Both the position numbers and the translations under genes were made by a program. Shown here piece by piece: positions 39,397 to 49,126 of a stretch of DNA of 52,638 bases. Under the pieces are notes generated by a model that worked only from the letters and a program-made list of their open reading frames with translations, made no database searches and was not told where the DNA came from. Origin of the DNA: Desulfobacteraceae bacterium. GTDB lineage: Bacteria > Desulfobacterota > Desulfobacteria > Desulfobacterales > JACKCP01. Every line of letters starts with the position of its first letter. Within the stretch, counting starts at the first letter, position 1. The stretch is from assembly GCA_050253255.1 (NCBI GenBank), contig JBFWJK010000003.1, forward strand, positions 1 through 52,638. The letters run 5' to 3'.

Positions 39397-40413
39397 CTAT
39401 ACATTAAGAACTTCATATTTTCCAAACCCCTTAAAAGCATCTTCACTATTTATTGATGTACTCTCATCAAAATATTTTGTTTCAAATATATAAACACTTC
39501 CTCCAGGAACATAACGTTTCATTGGTTTCGGCATACCTTTACCATCATTTGCAGCCATATCAAATCCACCGATATTCAGAGGTTTTCCTATACTTGCACA
39601 TAAAGGCTTAACATTAGTTTCCCAGCCATTACAAAAATAACATGGCGTCTTAAAAACTATTTTGAAATATTCTTCATCCTTTATAGACTTTAAAATATTC
39701 TTTTTGTAGTCACTGACTCGAACTAAAGTTTTTGGTTTTTCTATCTTTTTGAAATATGCGGTTTTTCCTTCACCACCGAGTTTTAATAGACCATCCGATG
39801 AAAAAGTGGCATCAGAGAGTTGATACTCCACTAAAAAAGACCAATCTTGTTTAAATTGAGTTAAGTCTATTCTGTATAAATATTTTTCTTCAGAAGCTTT
39901 TGTAAGATATGTTCTTTTTATTCCAATCTTACTGTCAGGGACAAAAATTTTTTCACTCCGGTAGACAATCATACTCCCTGAATAATTTCTTGAATAATGA
40001 TTAAATAATGAAGAAACGTCTATAAAAGCATTTTCCAGAGGTTTAACTTTTTTATTTTTTACCATAGCCAAAAAAGGCATTGGATAATTAGACACGAAAT
40101 CAACTTCTTCATACTCCGGCAAATAAAATTTCCCGTAATCATCAGTGAAAATATCAAGGGGTGCGGGAATAAGAACAGTCTGATTTTTTTCATTATAAAG
40201 ATATATATTTTCTATTTTTAATCTTTCGGCCTCTTTAGAAGGATTCTTTCTGCATATTTTTTTTTCAGAAAATAAAACGGAAAACATAGCTCCCCAGATA
40301 ACAGAAGGATTTGGTAAAAAGCTGCTGTCTGTCCAGCTGTTTTCACCTGCTGTAAAAGGTTTGCCGCCTCTGAAAAATAAAGTATCTTTTGGTTTTATGG
40401 TCATAAAAGCCAT
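39397..40413 (-). CDS. cmr3: Type III-B Cmr3 (Cas5 family)
   Basis: P.DTLFFRGGKPF, P.PSVIWGA, LGGEGK, GGFDM, VPGGSVY, GFG. Confidence 0.93.
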   Translation of the reverse strand: MAFMTIKPKDTLFFRGGKPFTAGENSWTDSSFLPNPSVIWGAMFSVLFSEKKICRKNPSKEAERLKIENIYLYNEKNQTVLIPAPLDIFTDDYGKFYLPEYEEVDFVSNYPMPFLAMVKNKKVKPLENAFIDVSSLFNHYSRNYSGSMIVYRSEKIFVPDSKIGIKRTYLTKASEEKYLYRIDLTQFKQDWSFLVEYQLSDATFSSDGLLKLGGEGKTAYFKKIEKPKTLVRVSDYKKNILKSIKDEEYFKIVFKTPCYFCNGWETNVKPLCASIGKPLNIGGFDMAANDGKGMPKPMKRYVPGGSVYIFETKYFDESTSINSEDAFKGFGKYEVLNV

Positions 40414-42017
40414 TACATCACCTTCCTTAACTGCTCCAGGGTTTTAAGATAACCAATAAAATTTTCAAAATCTATTCTGTTTGCGTTGGAGCCTTCTTCT
40501 ATTGTCTGGTCTCTTAAAAAATTAATAATTCCATCAACCCGCTTATCCTTAACATCCTTATTTTCTCTTTTTAAAAGGCGGATTATCTCTGTTTCCAGCA
40601 TGGATTTATTAAGTAAATAATTGTCGTAGGAGTTTACGTCTTTAAGAAAAGGAAATTGTAAGCCTAGTTTAAAATGAAGATTATTACCGGTCTTCTCCTT
40701 CCATAACTTCTCAAGCAGCATAAAATTTTCATGCCTGCAATAACATTTAGAATGAATGGAACTATTGCTTAAAACAATAACTCCCATGCCGTTTTTATCA
40801 TCAAAGGCATTTTTTGTTTCTTCCATGAGTTCTCTGGATAAATCCAGGACTTTGTGAAGTGGGGATTTGTAATGAGAAATTACTATTGACATAGAATAGG
40901 TTAATTTTTTTAAAATGCTGTGTTCTTCAAATTTAAAAATATCTTTAATTTCTGAGACGACTTCAAATAAATATTCTAAATTAACAAAACCTAAAAAATC
41001 ATCGCCTCCGGCATAAACAGTTTGTCCATAACCTTTATCATCAATATCAATAATACTTTTTATTTTTGATGATAACTTATTAAGCGTTTTAGATATGTCT
41101 ACCTGAAAATCTTTGAGTTCTTTCCCGTCTGTGCCATATTTACCAGACAACCATTTGCCCATATCATCTATATCGATCTTGAGAAGAGCATAGTATTTTT
41201 TCTGTTTTTTGACATCCAAGCTATGTTGCTTTATAAAATCTTTGACAAAATCTAATTCTGGATTGAATAACATTTCTTCATCAAAAAAATTTATTTCTGT
41301 TCTTAATTTAACCAGCTCATCTTTTTTGATATTTTTCAACCAATCCATTAAACAGATCTCAGCCAGTGACGGCAAAGGATAGTCTAACACCCTTTTTGTA
41401 TAACAAACACCACAAAGCCCTTCATTTTCTTCAATAAAGTCTTCTCGAATTAAATTATTTTTCCACTTTTGCTTTCCCTTTTTTCCGCAAAACAAAGCAT
41501 TTCTAACGCCGCACAAAGAACACTTACGCCCAGGTTTCTCTTCAAACGGAATAAATCTTTTCACATTTTTAATGGCAGAATGTAGTTCAGATATTTTTTT
41601 ATAGGACTCTTGGTAATTATTTTTTTCATAGGGATAAAAAAGCCAGTTTACTTCTAAAAAATCATTTATTTGAGCATTAAAACATTCAGTTAAATCGGAA
41701 GGTAATTTAATATTTAGCCGAGCTTTGTCTTCAAATTTTTCCTTAACAGCCTCTTCAATACACTCACCTATTTTTGCTAATTCATTTTCCCCTTTTTCCA
41801 CATAAATATCACCAAGAAATATATTCGGCATAAATTCGGAATTTTCTGCTGGTAAGATAACCTTCCCACCATATCCCTCAAATTTTTCAATAGCTTTTCT
41901 GCAAAGTTCTGAAAGCACATTACTTCCTGCATACAAATCTTTTGTCTTTCGAGCCTGAGAGATAAAACTCTGAACAGGAGAAATAGACAAAATAAAAAGA
42001 AACTGATTATTATTCAT
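40413..42017 (-). CDS. cas10: Cas10/Cmr2 lacking the HD nuclease domain, cyclase motif intact
   Basis: Starts at 'ISPVQSFISQARKTKDLYAGS'; Zn finger CSLC/CGVC; DIDDMGK; YAGGDDF; 534 aa. Confidence 0.93.
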   Translation of the reverse strand: MNNNQFLFILSISPVQSFISQARKTKDLYAGSNVLSELCRKAIEKFEGYGGKVILPAENSEFMPNIFLGDIYVEKGENELAKIGECIEEAVKEKFEDKARLNIKLPSDLTECFNAQINDFLEVNWLFYPYEKNNYQESYKKISELHSAIKNVKRFIPFEEKPGRKCSLCGVRNALFCGKKGKQKWKNNLIREDFIEENEGLCGVCYTKRVLDYPLPSLAEICLMDWLKNIKKDELVKLRTEINFFDEEMLFNPELDFVKDFIKQHSLDVKKQKKYYALLKIDIDDMGKWLSGKYGTDGKELKDFQVDISKTLNKLSSKIKSIIDIDDKGYGQTVYAGGDDFLGFVNLEYLFEVVSEIKDIFKFEEHSILKKLTYSMSIVISHYKSPLHKVLDLSRELMEETKNAFDDKNGMGVIVLSNSSIHSKCYCRHENFMLLEKLWKEKTGNNLHFKLGLQFPFLKDVNSYDNYLLNKSMLETEIIRLLKRENKDVKDKRVDGIINFLRDQTIEEGSNANRIDFENFIGYLKTLEQLRKVM

Positions 42018-43054
42018 ATTTTTATCTCCAAAAACTCAATATTTTTGCCTTTTAAATAATCAAAAAATTCATTAATAATTTTTTCATCTGGATATGCCTG
42101 ATTATTTTTTTTATTTTTATCCATGAATTTATATTTGTCTGGTAACAAATCCCCAGCCAACCAAATTATTAAAGGAAAATATTTTTCTTCTGCAGTTTTT
42201 ATGACTTTAAAAATTAAAGGAGATGACCTGCGTTCAAGTAGATCAAAACCATCTTTATTATTTTCTTTTTTTTTTCCAGCAACCATTGTCATGCCGTTTT
42301 TATGTGAAATAGGAAATCCAAAGTTTGGTGTTTCATCAACCCTTCCTTTATGGTCTCCTCTAAAAGTAGAAAAAGGTTCACCTATAGTTTCTAATGCCCT
42401 CTTCCAATCTTTTTCAGGGTTAAAGACATAGACTTTTGCACCTTTGAGTGTTGAAAAGCTTTTGCTAGATTTTTCTATTAAAGGCCTAACGTTATCTTTA
42501 ATAAACCTCTTAAGCCCTTCTTTAGAATTAATTAAAGGATCAAAAAAATTATTCTCTAACCCTTCCTCAATTAAAAAATTTCCTCCCCCTCTTCTTGAAC
42601 GCGAGCCAATGCCTCCAAAAAGAGAAAATACAAGAAAAACTTTTTTAACTTTCTCAATATATTTATTATCATTTGATTTGATTTTTATTTCAAACCCTTG
42701 TCCTGGTTTAATACAATTTTTGTCCTGATTCCCTGCCATAAGCCTTGAATAAAAAAGATAACCAAGTCCTGGATAGTTATGTTTATTTATTAATTTTTTA
42801 GTAATATCTTGTTCAATATTGTTTCCATTAACTTGTATAATTACTTTACTTCGTCCTTCTTTTTCCCCGGTTCCACCAAAAAGTTCAGCTTCATTTTCTT
42901 TCATTTTTGTTACAGCTGAATCAGGATTCATGGCTCTCCACCAAAACCGAAGTCCTCCTTTAATAGATGGGGGTCTTATTTCAGGCTCTGAATCATCAGC
43001 ACCATAACAAAACATTGGAGTAATAGTTCTGCATTTTAATGTTATCTCTTCCAT
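42014..43054 (-). CDS. cmr1: Type III-B Cmr1
   Basis: ITPMF.YGAD, RPPSIKG.LRFWWRA, GGIGSRSRRGGG, RRSSPL. Confidence 0.92.
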   Translation of the reverse strand: MEEITLKCRTITPMFCYGADDSEPEIRPPSIKGGLRFWWRAMNPDSAVTKMKENEAELFGGTGEKEGRSKVIIQVNGNNIEQDITKKLINKHNYPGLGYLFYSRLMAGNQDKNCIKPGQGFEIKIKSNDNKYIEKVKKVFLVFSLFGGIGSRSRRGGGNFLIEEGLENNFFDPLINSKEGLKRFIKDNVRPLIEKSSKSFSTLKGAKVYVFNPEKDWKRALETIGEPFSTFRGDHKGRVDETPNFGFPISHKNGMTMVAGKKKENNKDGFDLLERRSSPLIFKVIKTAEEKYFPLIIWLAGDLLPDKYKFMDKNKKNNQAYPDEKIINEFFDYLKGKNIEFLEIKI

Positions 43055-43083
43055 ATATTTTCCTTAATCAATAAATCAGTTTC

Positions 43084-43581
43084 TCAACTCCAGCAAAACT
43101 CAAGATAAGAACAGCTTGCACAAGGTCTTATCCTCTTTTTTTCAGGAGGTTTTTCCATATTTATTATATCTTCTATTTCTTTAATCAGATTTTCAATATA
43201 GTCTTCTTTTTCTTTGGTAAGTTCAAGAGGAATTACTTTTTTCTCTTTTGGAACCCTTATTTCCCCCAGGGCTTCTTTTAACTCATTTTTATAGGAATAA
43301 AGATAAAACAAGAGCTGAGCTTCGGTTGCATCAAGCTTTTTGGAGCTTTTCTTTGTCTCGGCAATTATAAGAGTGCTGTTTTCGTTTCTTATGAAATCTA
43401 TTTTATTATCTCCGAAAATTATCTCTTTCTTATTTCGCTCATAAGACTTTTCTGAAATAAACCGGCCTATTTCAAGGAACTCGTTTTCCTGATCTCCGGC
43501 TATATTTCGTGACATAAGCCAGGCTTGTCTTTTGCAGACCATAAAAGCGTATACAACTGATCCTGTGATTTTAAACTCCAT
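43084..43581 (-). CDS. cas4: Cas4 exonuclease
   Basis: CKRQAWL, KID, ETKKS, QL.FYL, C..CSY.EFCW Fe-S Cys. Confidence 0.95.
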   Translation of the reverse strand: MEFKITGSVVYAFMVCKRQAWLMSRNIAGDQENEFLEIGRFISEKSYERNKKEIIFGDNKIDFIRNENSTLIIAETKKSSKKLDATEAQLLFYLYSYKNELKEALGEIRVPKEKKVIPLELTKEKEDYIENLIKEIEDIINMEKPPEKKRIRPCASCSYLEFCWS

Positions 43582-43601
43582 CTTTTATTTCCTGACTTTT
43601 G

Positions 43602-45920
43602 TTAAATAAATTCAACATCTGTAATATCTTCGTATTCGTCTGTAAGCCCGATTTCGCTGTCATATCTGCATTTAACTACATAAAAAGACTGCTTTTTAAT
43701 ATTTTCTCCATCAATATATTTTACTTCTATCTGTCCCTGGGAAAGATATTTCATGAAAAGGTTTCTGCTTATACTTACAAGCAGCTTATCTGCCTCTATA
43801 AAATCAAAATTTTCAATCAAGTCTTTATATCTTGAGTAAAAAATTGCCGGCAGAGCCTTAATATTTGTAAACTTATCATAAAAGGCTTCCTCTGTTGCTG
43901 TGCAGTCGGCATATGGCTGAATAGCTTCAAGTGAGGATTTAAAAAGATTTACAGTATTTTCAAATTCGTCTTTTTCTTTTTCTGTCCAGCCGGGATAAAC
44001 ATTATCAAGCATAACTCCTGTTTTTTCTTCTTCTAGTACATCTGTTTTCTCAAGCTCTTTTATTGTTCTTAAAACAATTTCTTCAGGATAAATAAAATGA
44101 TCGTTTTCTCCTGGCTGTCTGCATACATAAACAGTCGACAGCTCTTTTTGAGCCTTTCTGTTTATTCTTCCAAAACGCTGTAAAAGTGCATCAAGAGGAG
44201 CCGGTTCTGTAATAAGAACATCAAAATCTATATCAAGGCTTACTTCTATGGCCTGGGTTCCAACCAGAATTTTTGTCTCTTCATCAAAAATCTTACGTTC
44301 TTTTCCGTTCCTGTCATGCTGATTGAACCGGCCGTGCAGGAGTACAATCTCAGCATCAAAACAGATTTCCATATCTTTTATTTGTAAAAAAACTTCCTGT
44401 GCATTTTTTACAGTATTGCAGGCAATTATTATCCTTTTGCCTTCTTCAATAAAATCTTCAATCATATCAAGGGAATCAAATATACTGGCTTCAAAAATTT
44501 TTACTCTGTGTCTTATTAAATTTTTCATAAGAGTTTTATCAGGATTAATTACTTTTTCTGAACCTATGGCCTTTTGCAGTTCTTTAAGCATGAATGTGGG
44601 AAGGGTTGCTGTCATTATCATAATTTCGCAAAAAAGCTTTTCTTTTAAAAATTTGATCATCACAATAATCTGAGCAAAGGTTATTACATCGTATGCATGA
44701 ATTTCATCAAAAACCAGTTTTGCTCCACCAAGAAAAGTGAGCCCCTTTTCAAAACCTTTTACTCCGTAAAGATATTTTAAAACCTGAAAAGGTGTACATA
44801 TGCTTACCGGAGCTATCAAAGATTTATACTGAGCAGCAATCTTTTTTATTTTCTCATTTCGTTCTATATTTTGTGACTTATCAAAACCTTCCTCAAAAAA
44901 ATCTGAAATATAATGAGAAATATTTCCATGCTGAAGACCAATAACTTCGGAAGGATTTGAACCCGTGTTATCCATATTTTGGGATAGTCTTTTATGCATG
45001 GCGTTAATGGATGCGGTGTATGGAAGTATATAAAAAAATCTTCCCTGCCCTAAATCGAGCTGCTTTTTTAGCCAGCCTATTGCAGATTCTGTTTTGCCCG
45101 AACCTGTGGGTGCAATGAGAAGACATGAACCTGATGTTTCAAAACATGTTTTCTGATGTGAATAAAAATCCTTATTTTCATTTTTGAGAGCTATACCCAT
45201 TTGATTTAAAAATTCAAAATTATGGGAATTAAGAATTTTTATTTCTTTTATTCCGCCTGAACCCAGATGATCGCAAATTTTCAGGCTGCCCCACATTAAA
45301 AGATTCTGAAAATATTCTTTACCTATGTATTTAAAATCCAATAAAGGTTTTGCAATCTCTTCCACAGGATGCTTAAGATTTTCAAGACTTACAGGTGTTT
45401 TTAAAAGGCGAATATCAACATTATTTTCTTTTGCAGATTTTTCAAAATTTTTCAATAAATCAACAAGATCTTTTGTAGGAAGCCTGAATTTTATATTTTT
45501 ATTAAAATCCTTTGGATGAAATTTAAGATTTTCTTTCCATTTTGAATTAAACTCAAAATCAAGATCATCTTTGCTGATCATTTTCTTAACAAGTTCTGGC
45601 AAGACTTTATGATGGGTTAACACAGAGAGTTTAATAAGCTTTTTATTATCTGTATCTATCTTGTCTATAAATGGTATGGAATATATTTCATGTCTTTGAT
45701 TTTCCCATACGTTATCTTCATTATTCAGCATTTTCTGAAATTCAGTATGAATCTTACCAAAGTCATGGAAATAGACAGAGCAGAAAAGCAGATCCCAGAA
45801 AGATTCAAGGCAGGTAATATTATCAAGTACCGGCAAAGCTTTTTTAAGCTCCAGGTAAACAGCAATACAATCATCAATATGCTCTTCAAGTGTTGTTCCG
45901 TCAGATTTTGCAAGTACCAT
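43602..45920 (-). CDS. cas3: Cas3 HD nuclease-helicase
   Basis: LAKS..TL.EH, HDFGK, APTGSGKT, DEIH, MTAT, QRFGRINR; start moved to ATG 45920 (MVLAKS). Confidence 0.96.
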   Translation of the reverse strand: MVLAKSDGTTLEEHIDDCIAVYLELKKALPVLDNITCLESFWDLLFCSVYFHDFGKIHTEFQKMLNNEDNVWENQRHEIYSIPFIDKIDTDNKKLIKLSVLTHHKVLPELVKKMISKDDLDFEFNSKWKENLKFHPKDFNKNIKFRLPTKDLVDLLKNFEKSAKENNVDIRLLKTPVSLENLKHPVEEIAKPLLDFKYIGKEYFQNLLMWGSLKICDHLGSGGIKEIKILNSHNFEFLNQMGIALKNENKDFYSHQKTCFETSGSCLLIAPTGSGKTESAIGWLKKQLDLGQGRFFYILPYTASINAMHKRLSQNMDNTGSNPSEVIGLQHGNISHYISDFFEEGFDKSQNIERNEKIKKIAAQYKSLIAPVSICTPFQVLKYLYGVKGFEKGLTFLGGAKLVFDEIHAYDVITFAQIIVMIKFLKEKLFCEIMIMTATLPTFMLKELQKAIGSEKVINPDKTLMKNLIRHRVKIFEASIFDSLDMIEDFIEEGKRIIIACNTVKNAQEVFLQIKDMEICFDAEIVLLHGRFNQHDRNGKERKIFDEETKILVGTQAIEVSLDIDFDVLITEPAPLDALLQRFGRINRKAQKELSTVYVCRQPGENDHFIYPEEIVLRTIKELEKTDVLEEEKTGVMLDNVYPGWTEKEKDEFENTVNLFKSSLEAIQPYADCTATEEAFYDKFTNIKALPAIFYSRYKDLIENFDFIEADKLLVSISRNLFMKYLSQGQIEVKYIDGENIKKQSFYVVKCRYDSEIGLTDEYEDITDVEFI

Positions 45921-45932
45921 AAAAACCTTTTC

Positions 45933-45967
45933 AATACTGCGGTCTGATATAAACAAACCGCAGTATT
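45933..45967. promoter_or_regulatory. Intergenic stem-loop between cas5 and cas3
   Basis: AATACTGCGGT-N13-ACCGCAGTATT perfect 11-bp stem. Confidence 0.6.
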
Positions 45968-45970
45968 ATT

Positions 45971-46636
45971 TTATAATTCCTGCCAGTAAACATCCCAGTC
46001 AATTTTCAGCCTGTCTTCTTTATCAGAAAACCCTTTTGAAAAGACTTCTGCTCCAGACTGCTTATAATCCGAACTCAAAACATAATACGGCTGAGTACCT
46101 ATGTTTCTTCTTGGTATAGTATTGGAAAAATATTTTGGGAGCGCCTGAACTGCTCCTGGCATCAAACCAAGTTTAAACGGAATTATTGTTCCTTTTAAAT
46201 TTGTAAGCTTTTCTTTTTCATCTGCTTCAAACTCTTTTATTCCATCCACGCTCGCAAGATCATTTAAACGTCCAAGCAGCAAAGGGAACTTAGGTTTTTC
46301 AAAATAAGAACAGATTTTTTTGCTGTCTGTATAAAGAAAGAGCTCTGCGAATGAAAAGAATTCCCTTTGAATAACATTGGAGTTAATTCCAGAAAGAGAA
46401 TTTTTCATCTGGTAAATTTTTTCTATATCAACATTTTTAGAGTCTGCTCTGAAAACAAAACCGATTTTTTCATTTTCAGGTTTAAAAGAATCTCCTTTGG
46501 CAGCAGCAATAAGTCCATTTACGGTTGAAAACGGAGGAGCATCCAAAGTAGGCTGAAAACCGCTTATCATGTTGGGATACCTGAATGATGCAGTCCAGCT
46601 GGATAAGTGAATTCTGTAAACTTTCATTTTAATCAT
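45971..46636 (-). CDS. cas5: Type I-B Cas5
   Basis: WTASFRYP...PPFSTV.GLIAAA, LLLGR..DLA. Confidence 0.92.
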   Translation of the reverse strand: MIKMKVYRIHLSSWTASFRYPNMISGFQPTLDAPPFSTVNGLIAAAKGDSFKPENEKIGFVFRADSKNVDIEKIYQMKNSLSGINSNVIQREFFSFAELFLYTDSKKICSYFEKPKFPLLLGRLNDLASVDGIKEFEADEKEKLTNLKGTIIPFKLGLMPGAVQALPKYFSNTIPRRNIGTQPYYVLSSDYKQSGAEVFSKGFSDKEDRLKIDWDVYWQEL

Positions 46637-47678
46637 CCAGATTAATATTGTTCACAAAACTGTCTATTATTGAATTAACAGGACCAAATTCAATTTTACC
46701 TTCATCTTTAAGCTGATTAAGACCGGGTTCAAGTTCATCCATAAAACCTTTCCTTTTTCCAACATAAATCTTCCCATCAAACTGATCTTTGCAGTCTTCA
46801 ATAATTTCTTTTAAGGCATCAATTGAAAATACTGCTTTTCCTGCTTCCTCTTTGGCAAGATGCGAGAATGGGTGATTCCCAGAATTCCAGTTTGCAAGAA
46901 CAATAAGCTTTGGAGTAACGTCTGAAAGGTTTGTTGTCTGCTTTGCACCTCCAGAAAGAGTTTTCAATGCTGATACAGTGTCTTTTACTCTTTTTTCTCT
47001 TTCAGAGTTTTCAAGCCTTACAAGCTTTAAAGACTTACCTTCCTTATCTATTGCAATTGGGTCATCAATCTCTTTTGCACCTGCTTCAAGATAGTTTTTT
47101 TTCATTTCTTCATTAATATTTTGAAAACCTGTTTTGTTTACAGAAGAAAATGTACCTGCCATTTCAAGATCTATTGAAAACATTCCTTTCATTACCGCAC
47201 AATATTCATCAATAGCAAAAGGTACGGCATCTCCTTGTTGTCTTGTCATAGAAGCCCAGTTCTGAATAACAGGATTATATGCAACTCCAATAAGAGCTGA
47301 ATTTTTTAATGGAGAAGTTCTTGTAAGGGTTACATTCACTTTTTTTGTTTTATTTGTTTCAGGATCAACAATCTCTTTTTTGCCAGCTCTCATGTATCCA
47401 AAAATATCATCATCAGGATATTTCATGGGTTCAGCCTCTGTAAAAGCAATTTTTGTTTCTCTTATCACAGGAGACATTTTCCAGCCTAAATTATGGATAA
47501 GTGATTCCCTCCACCAGTATCTCCATGCCTGTCCGGAAGCATATGGATATTCTTTGCCATTTTTTCTTATTTTTTTGGTAATAACAGCATTATCAAGATT
47601 TGTTGTATTATCACTTCCTGCATTGTTCAAAGCCGCAACATCTACATCAATTAGAATAAAACCCTGAATTGTTTTCAT
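46629..47678 (-). CDS. cas7: Type I-B Cas7 (Cst2/DevR)
   Basis: ALNNAG, PY.SGQAWRYWWR, DDDIFGYM, R.SPL, GGAKQT. Confidence 0.93.
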   Translation of the reverse strand: MKTIQGFILIDVDVAALNNAGSDNTTNLDNAVITKKIRKNGKEYPYASGQAWRYWWRESLIHNLGWKMSPVIRETKIAFTEAEPMKYPDDDIFGYMRAGKKEIVDPETNKTKKVNVTLTRTSPLKNSALIGVAYNPVIQNWASMTRQQGDAVPFAIDEYCAVMKGMFSIDLEMAGTFSSVNKTGFQNINEEMKKNYLEAGAKEIDDPIAIDKEGKSLKLVRLENSEREKRVKDTVSALKTLSGGAKQTTNLSDVTPKLIVLANWNSGNHPFSHLAKEEAGKAVFSIDALKEIIEDCKDQFDGKIYVGKRKGFMDELEPGLNQLKDEGKIEFGPVNSIIDSFVNNINLDD

Positions 47679-47690
47679 TGATCATCTCCT

Positions 47691-48053
47691 TTATATTTCC
47701 GATAATTCTTTTTCATCTGTTTCTTCTAAAGGAATCTCCTCAACTTCTATCCCCTTTACATTTTCTTCATGCAGCAATTCATACAAATAAATCAGAAGAA
47801 GATCCCTTACCTCTCCCCAGTACTGACCATCCGGAAAAAGGTATTCAACATAATCGCCCAATGTAATTAGCGGCCTTTCTTCACCTGCTGCATAATTTTT
47901 CTTAACAAGTGAAATTAAGACAGATCTTAACTGATAAGCTTTTCCTGCACCTTCAATCTTAGTGAGATATTTTTTGAAATTGTCTTCTTTTCTGGCAATT
48001 TCAATAATTGACTTTCCAAGTTTTTTTATTAGCTCCATCTGTTCAGGACTCAT
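47691..48053 (-). CDS. cas11: Putative internally translated Cas11 small subunit (120 aa, in frame with the cas8b C-terminus)
   Basis: Minus strand AAAGGAGGTGAGGAATATG: near-perfect Shine-Dalgarno before in-frame Met (MSPEQMELIK...). Confidence 0.75.
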   Translation of the reverse strand: MSPEQMELIKKLGKSIIEIARKEDNFKKYLTKIEGAGKAYQLRSVLISLVKKNYAAGEERPLITLGDYVEYLFPDGQYWGEVRDLLLIYLYELLHEENVKGIEVEEIPLEETDEKELSEI

Positions 48054-49085
48054 ATTCCTCACCTCCTTTAAATAGTAATCAACCATTAATGAGCTTATTT
48101 TTATTTCTTTGAAAAAATTCTCCCTGAAATATCTGCAAAAAAGTCCAAGTATTGATTTCTCACTTATAAGTCTCTCAAAAACCAAATTTTTATTATTAAG
48201 ATAATCTTCATCTTTCAATATGCCGTCTTTAGTGCTCCATTTTGAATTCTTATAATCCCAGCTGGTCTGTTTTATAAGATAATGCCTTCTAACAAATGCA
48301 AACCATTCTGCAGAGCAGGAACGGATAACTTTGCTCATAAAAATAAATACAGGATCAGGGAGATAATAAATGCTGCTGTAGGGAGCCTGAGCATAATTTG
48401 TGAAATGAAAAAGCTGAAGAGATTCGTTCTCAGCATCCATCTGAATTATCAGATCCGTTGCCATTGCAAACAATGCATTTTTAGGATTTGTAAAAGAAGA
48501 TTTTATCATGCCTTCTGAATTATTCCGGCCGACGTCTGCAAGATTTTTTAAAATGGTTTTTTTAGCCCAGTACTTTTTTATTTTATCACTTCTTAAACCC
48601 GGGACTACAAGATTTCCAACCATAAACATCATTGTAAACGGCATAAAAAAAAGTTTAACAGAACAGTTAGAACATAGGAATATTCCGTTTTCATGACTGT
48701 GATAAAAATTAACCAGACTTCCTGAACCAATTATTGGGAAAAATTCTCTTGACTGAGGATAAAGAACTGAATCTCTTCCACAGATTCTGCAACCACCTGA
48801 TTCAGAGAGCTGTTTTTGATTTTTATGTATTTTTTCTTCTTTTAAATATGCTTGGAATAAATCCTTTAAAGATTTTGTTCCAATCTTATTAACTCCATTT
48901 GTGTGAAAAACAGTATAAAGATTCTTGCCCCACTTTTTAAGATATACTTCAGTTGCAAATTCATAAATATTTTCCAGAGACTTATCAGGAAATTGTTCAG
49001 ATAAATATTCCAGTGCTAACGCACCTGCATCAACAAAGGGATCACCAGTAATTCTAAAAAAATTTTCATCTAATTTGACTGTCAT
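47691..49085 (-). CDS. cas8b: Type I-B large subunit Cas8b (Cst1, CxxC-CxxC)
   Basis: TGDPFVDAG, CRICG, PIIGSG..VNF, CSNC; start moved to ATG 49085 with RBS AAAGGTGG. Confidence 0.88.
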   Translation of the reverse strand: MTVKLDENFFRITGDPFVDAGALALEYLSEQFPDKSLENIYEFATEVYLKKWGKNLYTVFHTNGVNKIGTKSLKDLFQAYLKEEKIHKNQKQLSESGGCRICGRDSVLYPQSREFFPIIGSGSLVNFYHSHENGIFLCSNCSVKLFFMPFTMMFMVGNLVVPGLRSDKIKKYWAKKTILKNLADVGRNNSEGMIKSSFTNPKNALFAMATDLIIQMDAENESLQLFHFTNYAQAPYSSIYYLPDPVFIFMSKVIRSCSAEWFAFVRRHYLIKQTSWDYKNSKWSTKDGILKDEDYLNNKNLVFERLISEKSILGLFCRYFRENFFKEIKISSLMVDYYLKEVRNMSPEQMELIKKLGKSIIEIARKEDNFKKYLTKIEGAGKAYQLRSVLISLVKKNYAAGEERPLITLGDYVEYLFPDGQYWGEVRDLLLIYLYELLHEENVKGIEVEEIPLEETDEKELSEI

Positions 49086-49126
49086 ATTTCCACCTTTATA
49101 TTTTAAGGCCTTATTTTGAGACAAAA

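Noticed and set aside
49086-49126. Possible CreTA-like RNA toxin-antitoxin between cas6 and cas8b
   Set aside because: The gap is only ~41 nt and has no repeat-like sequence
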